48,257 bases of DNA from Minisyncoccota bacterium (GCA_035438585.1 DAORIO010000002.1:1-48257), one strand, 5' to 3'; counted from the first letter of the stretch, positions 1 through 10,141 are shown. The notes: generated by a model from the letters alone, not told the origin. Numbers and translations are program-made.

Positions 1-2126
1 CAATTGAAAAACTAAGAAATTTCGGTATTATCGCGCACATTGATGCGGGTAAAACTACTACATCTGAACGTGTTTTGTACTACACAGGTCAATCACACAA
101 AATCGGAGAAGTGCACGATGGAGGCGCAACTACTGACTGGATGGAACAAGAAAAAGAGCGAGGTATTACAATTACTGCCGCAGCTGTTTCTTGTTTTTGG
201 ACTCCAACTTATGCTCCAGGTGATAAGGCAAAAAAACATCGATTCAATATTATCGATACCCCAGGGCACATCGACTTTACTGTTGAAGTAAAGCGATCTC
301 TTCGAGTTCTAGACGGTGCGGTTGTTGTTTTCGACGGAGTTGCGGGTGTTGAGCCACAATCTGAAACAAACTGGCGTTATGCTGACGAAGCAAAAGTTCC
401 TCGAATTTGTTTTGTGAACAAACTTGATAGAACAGGTGCATCATTTGAGCACTCATTCAAAACAATCAAAGAAAGACTTTCTCCTAAAGCAGTTCGTTTT
501 CAAATCCCTATTGGTCTTGAGGGGGATCATGAGGGTGTTGTAGATCTTCTAAAAATGAAGGCTTATTACTTTGAAGGGGATATGGGTAATAAGGTTATAG
601 AAAAAGACATTCCGGAAAACTTGAAAGCTGATGCAGAAAAGTATCATGCTGAACTAGTCGAAAAAATCGTTGAAAACGACGAAGCTTTAATGACAGCTTA
701 TTTAGATGGAAACACTCCTGATATTGATACTCTTAAAAAAGTAGCTCGAAAAGCAGTTATTGCAAATGAAATTTTCCCAGTTTTTGCTGGTTCTGCTCTA
801 AAAAACAAAGGTGTGCAATTAGTTCTCGATGCTGTTGTTGATTATCTTCCAAGTCCACTTGATATCAAGGCGGTAAAAGGAACTCACCCTGATACTGATG
901 CTCCACTTGAAAGAGGGCCATCTGATTCAGAGCCATTTGCAGCACTTGCTTTTAAAGTTGCGACTGATCCATTCGTTGGTCAACTTATTTTCTTCCGTGT
1001 TTATTCTGGAACTGTTGAAGCAGGATCATATATTTACAATCCACGAACTGGAAATAAAGAAAGACTTGGGCGTATCGTTATCATGCAAGCAAATGAGCGA
1101 GAAGAAGTGAAGAAAGTTTACGCTGGAGAAATTGCTGCTGCTGTGGGTCTTAAGGATACAAAAACTTCTGACACATTGTGTGACGAAGCAAATCCAATTG
1201 TTCTCGACAAGATCAAATTCCCAGAACCAGTTATCTCTATGAGAATTGAGCCAAAGACAAAGGCTGACCAAGAAAAAATGGGTCTTGCCCTATCGCGACT
1301 TTCTGATGAAGATCCAACATTTAAAGTGATGAGTGATCCTGAAACTATGGAAACAATCATTGCTGGTATGGGAGAACTTCACCTTGAAATTATTGTTGAT
1401 CGTATGAAAAGAGAGTTTTCAGTGGAGGCAAATGTTGGACGACCACAAGTTGCTTATCGAGAAACAATTACTGCTACGTCTGAAGCTGAAGGAAAATATA
1501 TTAAGCAATCAGGAGGACGAGGAAACTATGGTCACGTTCGTATCAAGGTTAAACCAATGGATATGACAGTGGACAAAGATGACCTACCAAAGAACACAAA
1601 GAGAAGTGAAGGATTTGAATTTATAAATACAATCAAGGGAGGTGTTATTCCGCAAGAATATATTCCAGCCTGTGAAAAAGGATTCAAAGAAGGTCTTGAT
1701 CGTGGAATTTTGGCAGGTTATAAGATGGTAAATATTTCTGTTGAACTTTGGGACGGAAGTTACCATGAAGTTGACTCAAACGAAATGGCTTTCAAAATAG
1801 CATCTTCAATGGCAGTACAAGAGGCTTGTAATCGAGCAAAACCAGTTATTCTAGAGCCGATGATGAAAGTTGAAGTTGTTACTCCAGACAAATTCCTTGG
1901 AGACGTGACTGGTTCACTTTCTGCAAAACGAGGTCTAATTGATGGAGTGGAAGAGAGAGGTCTAAATCAAGCCATCAAAGCTGTTGTTCCTCTTTCTGAA
2001 ATGTTCGGGTACATGACAAGCCTTCGTTCTATGACTGAAGGACGTGCTGGATTTACTATGGAATTCTTGAGATACGACATTGTGCCTAGTAACGTCGCAG
2101 ATGAAATCGTAAAGAACAGAAAATAA
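1..2126 (+). CDS. fusA: Elongation factor G, 5'-truncated at window edge
   Basis: Frame 3 is open from nt 3 ([30 protein letters not shown]-loop AHIDAGKTT). DTPGH and NKLD motifs and the full EF-G domain order follow, with stop at 2124-2126. Confidence 0.97.
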   Translation, partial: IEKLRNFGIIAHIDAGKTTTSERVLYYTGQSHKIGEVHDGGATTDWMEQEKERGITITAAAVSCFWTPTYAPGDKAKKHRFNIIDTPGHIDFTVEVKRSLRVLDGAVVVFDGVAGVEPQSETNWRYADEAKVPRICFVNKLDRTGASFEHSFKTIKERLSPKAVRFQIPIGLEGDHEGVVDLLKMKAYYFEGDMGNKVIEKDIPENLKADAEKYHAELVEKIVENDEALMTAYLDGNTPDIDTLKKVARKAVIANEIFPVFAGSALKNKGVQLVLDAVVDYLPSPLDIKAVKGTHPDTDAPLERGPSDSEPFAALAFKVATDPFVGQLIFFRVYSGTVEAGSYIYNPRTGNKERLGRIVIMQANEREEVKKVYAGEIAAAVGLKDTKTSDTLCDEANPIVLDKIKFPEPVISMRIEPKTKADQEKMGLALSRLSDEDPTFKVMSDPETMETIIAGMGELHLEIIVDRMKREFSVEANVGRPQVAYRETITATSEAEGKYIKQSGGRGNYGHVRIKVKPMDMTVDKDDLPKNTKRSEGFEFINTIKGGVIPQEYIPACEKGFKEGLDRGILAGYKMVNISVELWDGSYHEVDSNEMAFKIASSMAVQEACNRAKPVILEPMMKVEVVTPDKFLGDVTGSLSAKRGLIDGVEERGLNQAIKAVVPLSEMFGYMTSLRSMTEGRAGFTMEFLRYDIVPSNVADEIVKNRK

Positions 2127-2138
2127 TTTAAAAATAAA

Positions 2139-2166
2139 AAGACCGCTCAATGAGAGCGGTTTTTTA
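2139..2166 (+). terminator. Rho-independent terminator after fusA
   Basis: Stem ACCGCTC (2142-2148) / GAGCGGT (2154-2160), 5-nt loop, T-run 2161-2165. Confidence 0.8.
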
Positions 2167-2253
2167 TTTATTATTAAGGAAATAAAAATGAGAGCTTAAC
2201 ACTAGCTCCCATTTGGATTTTTAAAGCTACTTTAGAATATATTTTGTAGCTAT

Positions 2254-2331
2254 TTAGTGAGTAACTACTGCAATTACAGCAATTATAACTAATGCTATTG
2301 CAACAATACTGTTGATGGTTTGTGGTTTCAT
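2254..2331 (-). CDS. Possible 25-aa hydrophobic micro-protein (MKPQTINSIVAIALVIIAVIAVVTH)
   Basis: Hand translation of the minus strand gives ATG at 2331 and TAA at 2254-2256, forming a single TM-like helix. It is below the ORF-track size cutoff and no homology is recognised. Confidence 0.2.
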   Translation of the reverse strand: MKPQTINSIVAIALVIIAVIAVVTH

Positions 2332-2443
2332 TGTGTTTTGATTTTAGGTTCTATTGTTTGTTTATATTTTATTATTAAAATAAAATAAATCAACTCCTAG
2401 TCTTTTTCGCCAAAAATGCTAATCTGTTATAAAATATGAACTT

Positions 2444-3175
2444 ATGGAAACTAAAAAAGTATTGGTAGGTGGAGCAACTGGTAGTGCTGGATTTGCAATT
2501 GCGCAAGAATATCTCAAACGAGGCTACGATATTTATGCTATGGTCCGAGATATAAAGAAGGCTGAAGAAATGTTTAAAGTAGACGGAAAACGAGACCTAA
2601 GAGTCTATCTGTATGATGGATTTGATTTGGAGGATTCAAATTCTGTTAATGTGTTTATTTCTAACATGTCGGACGTTGATGTTTATTTTGATGCAGTAGA
2701 TTTGGCTGCAGGGAGTTTTGAATGGGATAACGACAGGAGAATTGAAAATCCAAAAACTGCAGAACAAGTAGCCAATTACCTCATGAATGCAAACTTTAAG
2801 ACTAAAGTTTCCGTAATTGAATCTCTTAAAAAGCTTCCAAAAAACATTAACAAAAAGACAAAAGTTGGTTTGATTGGTTCACATGCGGCGAATTTTGCTG
2901 AAGATGATCCAAGAAGATTGAATTTAAAGACTGGCTACAAAGAAGAGGGGTATATTGCTTCTATGCAAGCAGTTGCCAAATTAGCTAAAGATTTACAGAA
3001 AGAGGGAATATTTGCAGGAGTTTATCTTTTTGAGCCTGGGCTTATAAACAGTCCTTTAGCCCATAAACAGTTCAATGAAATTACTATTGGAGAAAATCCT
3101 CCTTGGGATGAACTACCGACACCAGAAGATTTTGCTTATGAAGTTGTTACTGCTATGGAATCAGGGGCCGTCTAA
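2444..3175 (+). CDS. NAD(P)-binding Rossmann-fold protein, SDR-like
   Basis: N-terminal VLVGGATGSAGFAIAQEYLKRGYDIYAMVRD matches the TGxxGxxG dinucleotide-binding pattern. I see no clear YxxxK, so the subfamily is uncertain. Confidence 0.7.
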   Translation: METKKVLVGGATGSAGFAIAQEYLKRGYDIYAMVRDIKKAEEMFKVDGKRDLRVYLYDGFDLEDSNSVNVFISNMSDVDVYFDAVDLAAGSFEWDNDRRIENPKTAEQVANYLMNANFKTKVSVIESLKKLPKNINKKTKVGLIGSHAANFAEDDPRRLNLKTGYKEEGYIASMQAVAKLAKDLQKEGIFAGVYLFEPGLINSPLAHKQFNEITIGENPPWDELPTPEDFAYEVVTAMESGAV

Positions 3176-3190
3176 AAACGGCCTTTTTTA
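3165..3190 (+). terminator. Terminator overlapping the SDR-like gene stop
   Basis: GGCCG (3166-3170) / CGGCC (3179-3183) with the TAA stop in the loop, then T-run 3184-3189. Confidence 0.6.
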
Positions 3191-3198
3191 TTTTGTAA

Positions 3199-3233
3199 AA
3201 TAAAAAAGGCCGTTATCTTTCGATAATGGCCTT
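3199..3233 (-). terminator. Minus-strand terminator for the 3238-4733 unit
   Basis: 12-bp stem 3206-3217 / 3222-3233 (one G-U) with loop TTTC. On the minus strand it is followed by a T-run (plus-strand A-run 3200-3207). Confidence 0.65.
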
Positions 3234-3237
3234 AATT

Positions 3238-3396
3238 TTAAATTTCGGTGAAATAATTTTCCAATACTTTTTTGTTCTTAAGTGTTTCACCACTAAAACC
3301 CCCTTGGCGAACTGGTGGCGGCTCTGTTTTTTTGTTGGATGAATCTGGTAATTCTTTCTTCTTATTCTTTCGTTTTAAGAAATCAAATATTCTCAT
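3238..3396 (-). CDS. Possible 52-aa basic protein (MRIFDFLKRKNKKKELPDSS...)
   Basis: Hand-translated ORF starting 11 nt after the stop of the upstream minus-strand gene and ending just before the terminator. No homology recognised. Confidence 0.25.
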   Translation of the reverse strand: MRIFDFLKRKNKKKELPDSSNKKTEPPPVRQGGFSGETLKNKKVLENYFTEI

Positions 3397-3407
3397 GGTT
3401 TATTTTT

Positions 3408-4733
3408 TTAAAATGTGCAATTGATTATTTCGATACTCTCAAATGATGGTTGTAATGTCAATTGTTCGGCTATTGGTAAAACGAATATTGTTTTGTGGTT
3501 TACATCTTCGCCGCAAAGAATCTCTCTTAAATTATCAAGAAAATTTCTCTGAAGACCAGTTATTGTCGGAGGGATTTCTGCCTGTTTGGTAATTATTTTC
3601 ATAATTAAAGCCAGTCTATCCCTGTAACAGAGGAGCGGGTGTGCAGATTGTAGAAATAGTGATAATTGATTTGGAATGTCTCGAATGCCACTATTTTCTA
3701 TACCCGATGCTTCTTTTGCTTTGTCTAAAATACTAATGCATTCTTCGGCAAATTTATTATCTAGATAATTCACATCTCTTAGCTTTCTTACTCTTATAAA
3801 TTCCTCTGTCCAAATTTTAGAATTTTCTTCAAAATAAGAATTAATATCAGAAAACCAAGCATGCTGAATTTTGCGCCAATTTCCCTTAAGAATTAACTCT
3901 CGGTATTCCTGAATGGTTTTGTTTGCATCCTCTTTGTATCCGGGTAGGAGGGCTTTCGTATTGCCTTGTAAATGTTCTTTTAGTGCTTGAAAGTTTTCAA
4001 GTATTTCATATATTACAAGTTTGTCGAAGTCACCAACATAAGCAATACTGTAAAGGGGGTATTCGCGGTCCGTGGGATAGTAAATTGAATGCGTCAGTAA
4101 AAAACTAAATGATCCTTCTGCTTTATGTAGTCCACCAATGCCATCAACAATATATTTTTGATTATCGATTTCCACCAACATGAATGGATGTTCAGTTGTC
4201 AATGCAAATTCCATAGGCAAACCTAGTTTTTTGATGAAGGAACCTAATAATAGATTTGTACCCAAGCAATTAAGTCCACCTATTTCGCTGTTTGTTTGAG
4301 ACATTATCTTCGGTGTAAAACCAGTTTTTGCATGCATGTTTGTCACATTGCCTCCTATCCAAACTGCAAAGTTGGCTATTATACTTTCAAGATATTTTTT
4401 CGGATCTTTTTTTGCTTCAGATAAGTTAAAATATTTCCATTTAGTTTTTAACACCTTCTTACTTTTATTGTCGGGTGTTTTCCATTTTCCAGCCAGAGTT
4501 TCTGTAGTCAAATTAATGGAATTAATAATATTGTTTGTTTTGGTTCGGTATTTAGAGTACTTTAGGTTAAATACATCAATAAAATCATTTTGAATCAATT
4601 GAGAAATATCTAAAATTGTATTCTTGTTCACTGCAACGTTCCTTGGTTCCTTAAAAACCAAAGCATTTAATATATCCTTGAAGGCTAGTACGTCTTCGGG
4701 GGATAGGGTTTCGGTAACTATTGAGTTTTTCAT
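3408..4733 (-). CDS. Hypothetical protein with possible transglutaminase-like Cys-His-Asp core
   Basis: The ORF-track start at 4751 is TTG, and the ATG at 4733 (MKNSIVTE) seems more likely. The segment GGLNCLGTNLLLGSFIKKLGLPMEFALTTEHPFMLVEIDNQKYIVDG follows the C..(GLP)..H..D spacing of transglutaminase-like cysteine peptidases. This is pattern recognition only. Confidence 0.65.
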   Translation of the reverse strand: MKNSIVTETLSPEDVLAFKDILNALVFKEPRNVAVNKNTILDISQLIQNDFIDVFNLKYSKYRTKTNNIINSINLTTETLAGKWKTPDNKSKKVLKTKWKYFNLSEAKKDPKKYLESIIANFAVWIGGNVTNMHAKTGFTPKIMSQTNSEIGGLNCLGTNLLLGSFIKKLGLPMEFALTTEHPFMLVEIDNQKYIVDGIGGLHKAEGSFSFLLTHSIYYPTDREYPLYSIAYVGDFDKLVIYEILENFQALKEHLQGNTKALLPGYKEDANKTIQEYRELILKGNWRKIQHAWFSDINSYFEENSKIWTEEFIRVRKLRDVNYLDNKFAEECISILDKAKEASGIENSGIRDIPNQLSLFLQSAHPLLCYRDRLALIMKIITKQAEIPPTITGLQRNFLDNLREILCGEDVNHKTIFVLPIAEQLTLQPSFESIEIINCTF

Positions 4734-4997
4734 GTGCGTTAGTTTTTTCAAACTTTAAAACAAAAACACAAATTAGTCAATAATTTGCTGTATTTTAAAA
4801 CCGTCTATTTGACACACCCTAAACATTTCTGCTAAGATAGCTCCAATCGCTCATTGGGGCTTTTTTTATTGTAAAAATCCTCAAAAACTTGATTTTTGGT
4901 CAAAAAATCATTGCGGTTACTATTACCAGCTAATATGTTGTACGTTTTATTTGCATTAATTTGTAGATCGGACGCTCAACCAATTTAGAATAAAAGT

Positions 4998-6185
4998 ATG
5001 GCAGATTTTAAAAGAGACAAGCCTCACGTAAACGTGGGAACAATTGGTCACGTTGACCACGGAAAAACTACCCTTACTGCAGCGATCCTGCACGTTCTTA
5101 ACATGTCTGGACAGACTGTTAAAATGAAGGGAATTGGTGAAATCGATAACGCTCCAGAAGAAAAGGAGCGAGGTATTACTATTAACATTTCGCACAACGA
5201 GTACGAAACAGCAACTCGTCACTATGCTCACATTGATGCTCCAGGTCACGCTGACTACATCAAGAATATGATCACAGGTGCGGCTCAGATGGACGGTGCA
5301 ATTCTAGTAGTTGCAGCAACTGACGGAGCTATGCCACAAACAAGAGAGCACGTTCTTTTGGCAAAACAAGTTGGAGTGCCAAAGATGGTTGTTTTCCTAA
5401 ACAAGTGCGACATGGTTGAAGATAAAGACCTTATCGATCTAGTTGAAGAAGAAATCCGAGAAATCCTTGGAAAGCAAGGTTTCGATAAGGATTGTCCAAT
5501 TATAAGAGGTTCAGGACTAAAAGCTCTTGAATCTACTTCTATGGACGACGAATGGGCAAAGAAAGTTCTTGAGCTTACAAATGCACTTGATACTTACATC
5601 CCAGTACCAGAAAGAGATATTACAAAACCTTTCCTTATGCCAGTTGAAGATATTTTCTCTATCGAAGGACGAGGAACTGTTGTTACGGGTAAAATCGAAA
5701 GAGGTGTTGTAAAAGTTGGAGAAGAAATTGAAATCGTTGGTATCAAAGATACTGTAAAAACTACAGTTACTGGTATTGAAATGTTCAACAAATCTTTACA
5801 AGAAGGTATGGCTGGAGACAACGCTGGTATCTTGCTAAGAGGAGTTAAAAAAGAAGACATTACAAGAGGACAAGTTCTTGCAAAGGTTGGTTCTGTTACT
5901 CCACACGATGAATTCGAATCAGAAGTTTACATTTTGAAAAAAGAAGAAGGAGGTCGTCACACACCTTTCTTTAAAGGTTATAAGCCTCAGTTCTACATCA
6001 GAACAACTGACGTAACAGGAGAAGTTACTCTTCCAGAAGGAAAGGAAATGGTTATGCCAGGAGACACTATTACATTTAAAGTTAAGCTTATTACCCCTGT
6101 TGCACTTGAAGATCAACAAAGATTTGCTATCCGAGAAGGAGGTAAAACTGTTGGAGCTGGAGTTGTAACTAAAGTTATTAAATAA
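4998..6185 (+). CDS. tuf: Elongation factor Tu
   Basis: [15 protein letters not shown] and NKCD motifs, full-length 395 aa. Confidence 0.98.
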   Translation: MADFKRDKPHVNVGTIGHVDHGKTTLTAAILHVLNMSGQTVKMKGIGEIDNAPEEKERGITINISHNEYETATRHYAHIDAPGHADYIKNMITGAAQMDGAILVVAATDGAMPQTREHVLLAKQVGVPKMVVFLNKCDMVEDKDLIDLVEEEIREILGKQGFDKDCPIIRGSGLKALESTSMDDEWAKKVLELTNALDTYIPVPERDITKPFLMPVEDIFSIEGRGTVVTGKIERGVVKVGEEIEIVGIKDTVKTTVTGIEMFNKSLQEGMAGDNAGILLRGVKKEDITRGQVLAKVGSVTPHDEFESEVYILKKEEGGRHTPFFKGYKPQFYIRTTDVTGEVTLPEGKEMVMPGDTITFKVKLITPVALEDQQRFAIREGGKTVGAGVVTKVIK

Positions 6186-6192
6186 AAAATTC

Positions 6193-6573
6193 ATGTCAGA
6201 GGCAAAAGAAAAAAAGACAAAGACTGCACCTAAGAAAAAGGCAACAAAAACGACTGGAGATAAAGATGTTGTTCGACTTAGAGTAAGAGTTAGGGCGTAC
6301 GAGAATAAAATTCTTGATGCGTCTGTAAAGCAAATTATTGATACTGCTTTACGCCATGATGCAAAAATTATGGGCCCAACTCCGTTGCCGACTGAAATAA
6401 AGAAGTACACTGTCAATCGATCGCCGTTTATTTACAAAAATACTAGAGAGCAATTCGAGATAAGAATGCACAAGCGACTAATAGATATCATAAATCCAGG
6501 ACCGAAAACTATTGAAGCTTTGACAAACCTATCTCTTCCATCTGGTGTTGATGTTGATGTTAAGATGATGTAA
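6193..6573 (+). CDS. rpsJ: 30S ribosomal protein S10 with Lys-rich N-terminal extension
   Basis: The RLRVRVRAYENKILD...GPTPLPT...RSPFIYKNTREQFEIRMHKRLIDI core is preceded by about 25 extra K/T-rich residues. Confidence 0.95.
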   Translation: MSEAKEKKTKTAPKKKATKTTGDKDVVRLRVRVRAYENKILDASVKQIIDTALRHDAKIMGPTPLPTEIKKYTVNRSPFIYKNTREQFEIRMHKRLIDIINPGPKTIEALTNLSLPSGVDVDVKMM

Positions 6574-6702
6574 ATCTGTTCAATCAGACTCGGACTTTAA
6601 ACAAAGAAAAAAGATAAACCACGAAATGGACGCGGAAATTAAGTGGACTGTTACAGATTTTATCTGCACAGCCATTATTTCCGTATGTGTATAAACAAAA
6701 TT

Positions 6703-7320
6703 ATGAAAAAAATTCTTGGAACAAAACTAAATATGACTCAGTTTTTTTCTGAAGACGGAAGAGCGTATCCGGCGACTGTAATTGTTGCTGGCCCTGCGAC
6801 TGTAACTAAAATCATGTCGAAAGACAAAGATGGTTACTCAGCTGTTCAAATGGGATTTGGAGTTCAAAGAGAAGCTCTTATGAGTAAGCCAAGAAAAGGT
6901 GCGCTTAAAGATCTTGGGAATTTCAGATATCTTCGCGAATTTCGAGTAGAAGAAAAAGACTTAGGGGAAAGCTCTGTTGGTGTGGCTATTACGGTAGACA
7001 ATTTTACACCAGGGGACAAAGTAACTGTTACATCAGTTTCGAAATCAAAAGGATTTCAAGGTGTTGTAAAAAGATATAACTTTAAAGGAGGTCCACGTTC
7101 ACACGGACAAAAACACTCAGAGCGTGAAGCAGGATCTATTGGAGGAGGTCTCCGAACACGAGTTCCAAAGGGTATGAGAATGGCCGGAAGAACTGGTGGA
7201 GATACTGTGACTGTAAAAAATTTAAAGGTACTAGCAGTGGATCGGGATACAAATCAAATCCTTGTTTCGGGTGCAGTACCAGGTCGAAGAGGGACACTTG
7301 TTAAGATTGAATCAAAATAA
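6703..7320 (+). CDS. rplC: 50S ribosomal protein L3
   Basis: Start chosen at MKKILGTKLNMTQFFSEDG (ATG 6703), not the track's upstream extension. KGKGFQGVVKRYNFKGGPRSHG motif present. Confidence 0.93.
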   Translation: MKKILGTKLNMTQFFSEDGRAYPATVIVAGPATVTKIMSKDKDGYSAVQMGFGVQREALMSKPRKGALKDLGNFRYLREFRVEEKDLGESSVGVAITVDNFTPGDKVTVTSVSKSKGFQGVVKRYNFKGGPRSHGQKHSEREAGSIGGGLRTRVPKGMRMAGRTGGDTVTVKNLKVLAVDRDTNQILVSGAVPGRRGTLVKIESK

Positions 7321-7321
7321 T

Positions 7322-8002
7322 ATGAAAACAGCTTTATACAATCAGGAAGGAAAGAAAGTTAAAGATATTGAAATTTCAGATAACGTTTTTGCCGTAAAAG
7401 CGAACAAAGACGCAGTTCATCAAACAATGACTTCTCTTCGACTTCGAGCACGACAAGGGACTGCAAATGTAAAAGACCGAAGTGAAGTGCGAGGTGGCGG
7501 AAAGAAACCTTGGAAACAAAAAGGTACTGGACGCGCTCGACACGGATCATCACGAAGCCCAATCTGGGTTGGTGGAGGTATTACTCACGGTCCAACAAGT
7601 GATAAAAATTACGATAGAAAAGTAAATGCAAACATGCTTAAAGTTGTGTTTACTATGGTAATGTCAGACAAATTGAAAGAAGGCAGAATGCTTTTTGTTG
7701 ATTCTGTATCTCTAAAAGAAACAAAAACAAAGTTGGCAAAAGATGTAATGATCGGACTTGCAAAAGTTGAAGGTTTTGAAACATTGTCTCGAAAGAATCC
7801 AACAAGTACACTATTTCTAACTCCAAAAATCGACAAAGAAATGGTTAGAGCATTCAAAAATTTACCAAAAGTAGACGTTATGCCTGTGTCACAAGTAAGT
7901 ATTTTAGATATCTTGGATCACAAGAACGTTGTTTTGGTAAATCCAGAAGAGGCTGACAAAGTGTTAGCAGGTCGAATTACAAAGAAGCCAAGAAAGAAAT
8001 AA
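7322..8002 (+). CDS. rplD: 50S ribosomal protein L4
   Basis: ATG at 7322 lies one nt after the rplC stop. GGGKKPWKQKGTGRARHGS motif present. Confidence 0.93.
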   Translation: MKTALYNQEGKKVKDIEISDNVFAVKANKDAVHQTMTSLRLRARQGTANVKDRSEVRGGGKKPWKQKGTGRARHGSSRSPIWVGGGITHGPTSDKNYDRKVNANMLKVVFTMVMSDKLKEGRMLFVDSVSLKETKTKLAKDVMIGLAKVEGFETLSRKNPTSTLFLTPKIDKEMVRAFKNLPKVDVMPVSQVSILDILDHKNVVLVNPEEADKVLAGRITKKPRKK

Positions 8003-8003
8003 T

Positions 8004-8282
8004 ATGAAATCAATTCATAGAATAATAAAAAATCCTAGAGTTACTGAAAAAGCTGTTCGGGCATCTGCGAATTCGACTTACACTTTTGACGTAGAAAAAG
8101 ATGCAACAAAGACTGAAATAATGAAATCAATCAAGGAAATTTATAAAGTTAATCCAATAAAAGTTGGAATAATTTACATAAAACCTAAAAAGATTGTTCG
8201 AAAGGGAATCAAGGGTGTAAAAAAGGGAGGCAAAAAAGCGGTCGTAACACTTAAAAAGGGAGAAACGATTAACATATATTAA
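8004..8282 (+). CDS. rplW: 50S ribosomal protein L23
   Basis: IIKNPRVTEKA...YTFDV...K.EI..AIE-type sequence in the conserved operon position. Confidence 0.92.
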   Translation: MKSIHRIIKNPRVTEKAVRASANSTYTFDVEKDATKTEIMKSIKEIYKVNPIKVGIIYIKPKKIVRKGIKGVKKGGKKAVVTLKKGETINIY

Positions 8283-8284
8283 TT

Positions 8285-9127
8285 ATGAAAAAGTATAAAC
8301 CAACAACACCATCTCGACGTGGGATGATAACAGTAAACTATCGAGGTCAAATTACAACGAATGATCCTCTAAAGTCTTTGACTTATGGAAGAAAGAGGAG
8401 CGTTGGAAGAAACAACCTTGGTCGTGTTACAACTCAACATAAAGGTGGTGGAAATAAGAGACTTTTCAGAGAAATTGATTTCATGTATGACAAGAAAAAT
8501 ATCCCTGCAAAAGTGGAGCACGTTGAATACGATCCAAACAGATCATCTTTTATCGCACGAGTTTTGTATAAGGACGGTGAAAGAAGATACGTGTTGGCTT
8601 CAAAGAATGTAAAAGTAGGAGATACTTTTATTGTCTCAGCTGACGCACCTGTAACTATCGGAAATAGACTTCCTTTGAAGAAAATTCCATCTGGTACTTT
8701 TGTTTACAATATTGAAATTAAGGCAAACGGAGGCGCAAAGCTTGTTCGTTCAGCAGGATCATTCGCTCAAGTTGTAGCAAACGACGCTGGGTATTCTCAA
8801 ATCAAAATGCCATCAACAGAAGTTCGAAAAGTTTCTGAAGAATGCTGGGCAACTATTGGTTCAGTTTCAAACGAAGAACATAAGTTGAAGAATTTTGGTA
8901 AAGCAGGACGCTCACGATGGCTTGGTATCAGACCAACTGTTCGAGGTACTGCCATGAACCCAGTTGACCACCCATACGGTGGAGGAGAAGGACGACAAGG
9001 ACGAGGTCTAAGACGTCCTAAGACACGTCACGGTAAGGTTACTGGAGGACGAAAGACACGAACTCCAAAGAAGTATTCAAACAAGCTTATTGTTACTCGA
9101 AGAGTAAAATCTCGACGAAAGAAATAA
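8285..9127 (+). CDS. rplB: 50S ribosomal protein L2
   Basis: GRNNLGRVTTQHKGGGNKR and RGTAMNPVDHPYGGGEG motifs. Confidence 0.97.
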   Translation: MKKYKPTTPSRRGMITVNYRGQITTNDPLKSLTYGRKRSVGRNNLGRVTTQHKGGGNKRLFREIDFMYDKKNIPAKVEHVEYDPNRSSFIARVLYKDGERRYVLASKNVKVGDTFIVSADAPVTIGNRLPLKKIPSGTFVYNIEIKANGGAKLVRSAGSFAQVVANDAGYSQIKMPSTEVRKVSEECWATIGSVSNEEHKLKNFGKAGRSRWLGIRPTVRGTAMNPVDHPYGGGEGRQGRGLRRPKTRHGKVTGGRKTRTPKKYSNKLIVTRRVKSRRKK

Positions 9128-9168
9128 GATCTAGTAGTTTAGAATATAGACAATTAGAAAATAGAAAC

Positions 9169-9195
9169 AAAAAACCACCGAAAGGTGGTTTTTTG
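9169..9195 (+). terminator. Terminator after rplB
   Basis: CCACC (9175-9179), GAAA loop, GGTGG (9184-9188), A-run before and T-run after. It runs directly into TTGACA at 9197-9202. Confidence 0.8.
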
Positions 9196-9196
9196 T

Positions 9197-9225
9197 TTGA
9201 CACTTTGTTTATGAAAAGGTAAGTT
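9197..9225 (+). promoter_or_regulatory. Candidate sigma70-type promoter for pyrF
   Basis: TTGACA (9197-9202), 17-nt spacer, TAAGTT (9220-9225). Confidence 0.4.
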
Positions 9226-9258
9226 AAGTAAAATTCTAACCTTATAAAACTAATAAAA

Positions 9259-10119
9259 ATGAAAAGAAAATTTCTTGATTTATTAAAAAATACTTCTGAT
9301 TACACACGTGTGTGTGTTGGAATTGATCCACGAATTGGTGCAATTCTTGATAAATACAAACGTTCAGGGCCTACAATTTCAGATGTAAATACCCACGCTG
9401 AAACGCTTGAAGATTTCTCTATTGCTATCATGGAGGAAACTTCAAGTTCTGCTGCTGCCTTTAAATTTAATCTTGCTTTCTTTGAAGCAGTAAAAGATGG
9501 CGAAAGGGCGTTAATTAATATTTTACAGCATGCTAAATCGAATTTTCCTCATGTTGGATTAATTGGTGATTCAAAAAATGCAGATATTGGTAATACTAAC
9601 GAGCTGTACTACGAAAAGATATTTGTGAGGTACGGTTTTGACGCTATGACCACAAATCCGTACATGGGTGAACCTGAAAAATTGAACCAACTGGTTATGG
9701 AAAATGAAAAATTCCTTATCCCGGTTCTGCTTACTTCTAACCCGGAAGCAGCCAAAGTTCAAATGCAAATTTTAAAAGATGGCCGGTTCTTGTATGAGGA
9801 AGTGGGGAGGCAAATATCACAAGAGTGGTTATGTAGGGAGCATTGCGGAGTGGTCATCGGTGCTACTACAAGTAAAGATGAATTTAAAAAGGCATGCAGT
9901 GTTAGCGAAAATCGTTTTGCTCTTGTCCCAGGCGTCGGTGCGCAAGGGGGAAGTTTGCAAATGTGTGTAAAGAATCTTTATGGTCGTCTGTACTTGGTTA
10001 ATTCTTCACGGGAAATTATTTATTCTGATAAACCGGGAATGGCTGCTGAAAAGTTAAGATTGGAAATAAATACTCTGAATACAGCAGAAAAAGAACTCCG
10101 GGCTCAGTCCGTTCATTAA
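9259..10119 (+). CDS. pyrF: Orotidine-5'-phosphate decarboxylase (type 2-like)
   Basis: CVGIDP..., FKFNLAFFEA, GDSKNADIGNT (DxK..DIxxT), LLTSNPEA and VPGVGAQGGS are colinear with OMP decarboxylase. Confidence 0.8.
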   Translation: MKRKFLDLLKNTSDYTRVCVGIDPRIGAILDKYKRSGPTISDVNTHAETLEDFSIAIMEETSSSAAAFKFNLAFFEAVKDGERALINILQHAKSNFPHVGLIGDSKNADIGNTNELYYEKIFVRYGFDAMTTNPYMGEPEKLNQLVMENEKFLIPVLLTSNPEAAKVQMQILKDGRFLYEEVGRQISQEWLCREHCGVVIGATTSKDEFKKACSVSENRFALVPGVGAQGGSLQMCVKNLYGRLYLVNSSREIIYSDKPGMAAEKLRLEINTLNTAEKELRAQSVH

Positions 10120-10141
10120 AACAAAAAACAAATTAAAAAAA

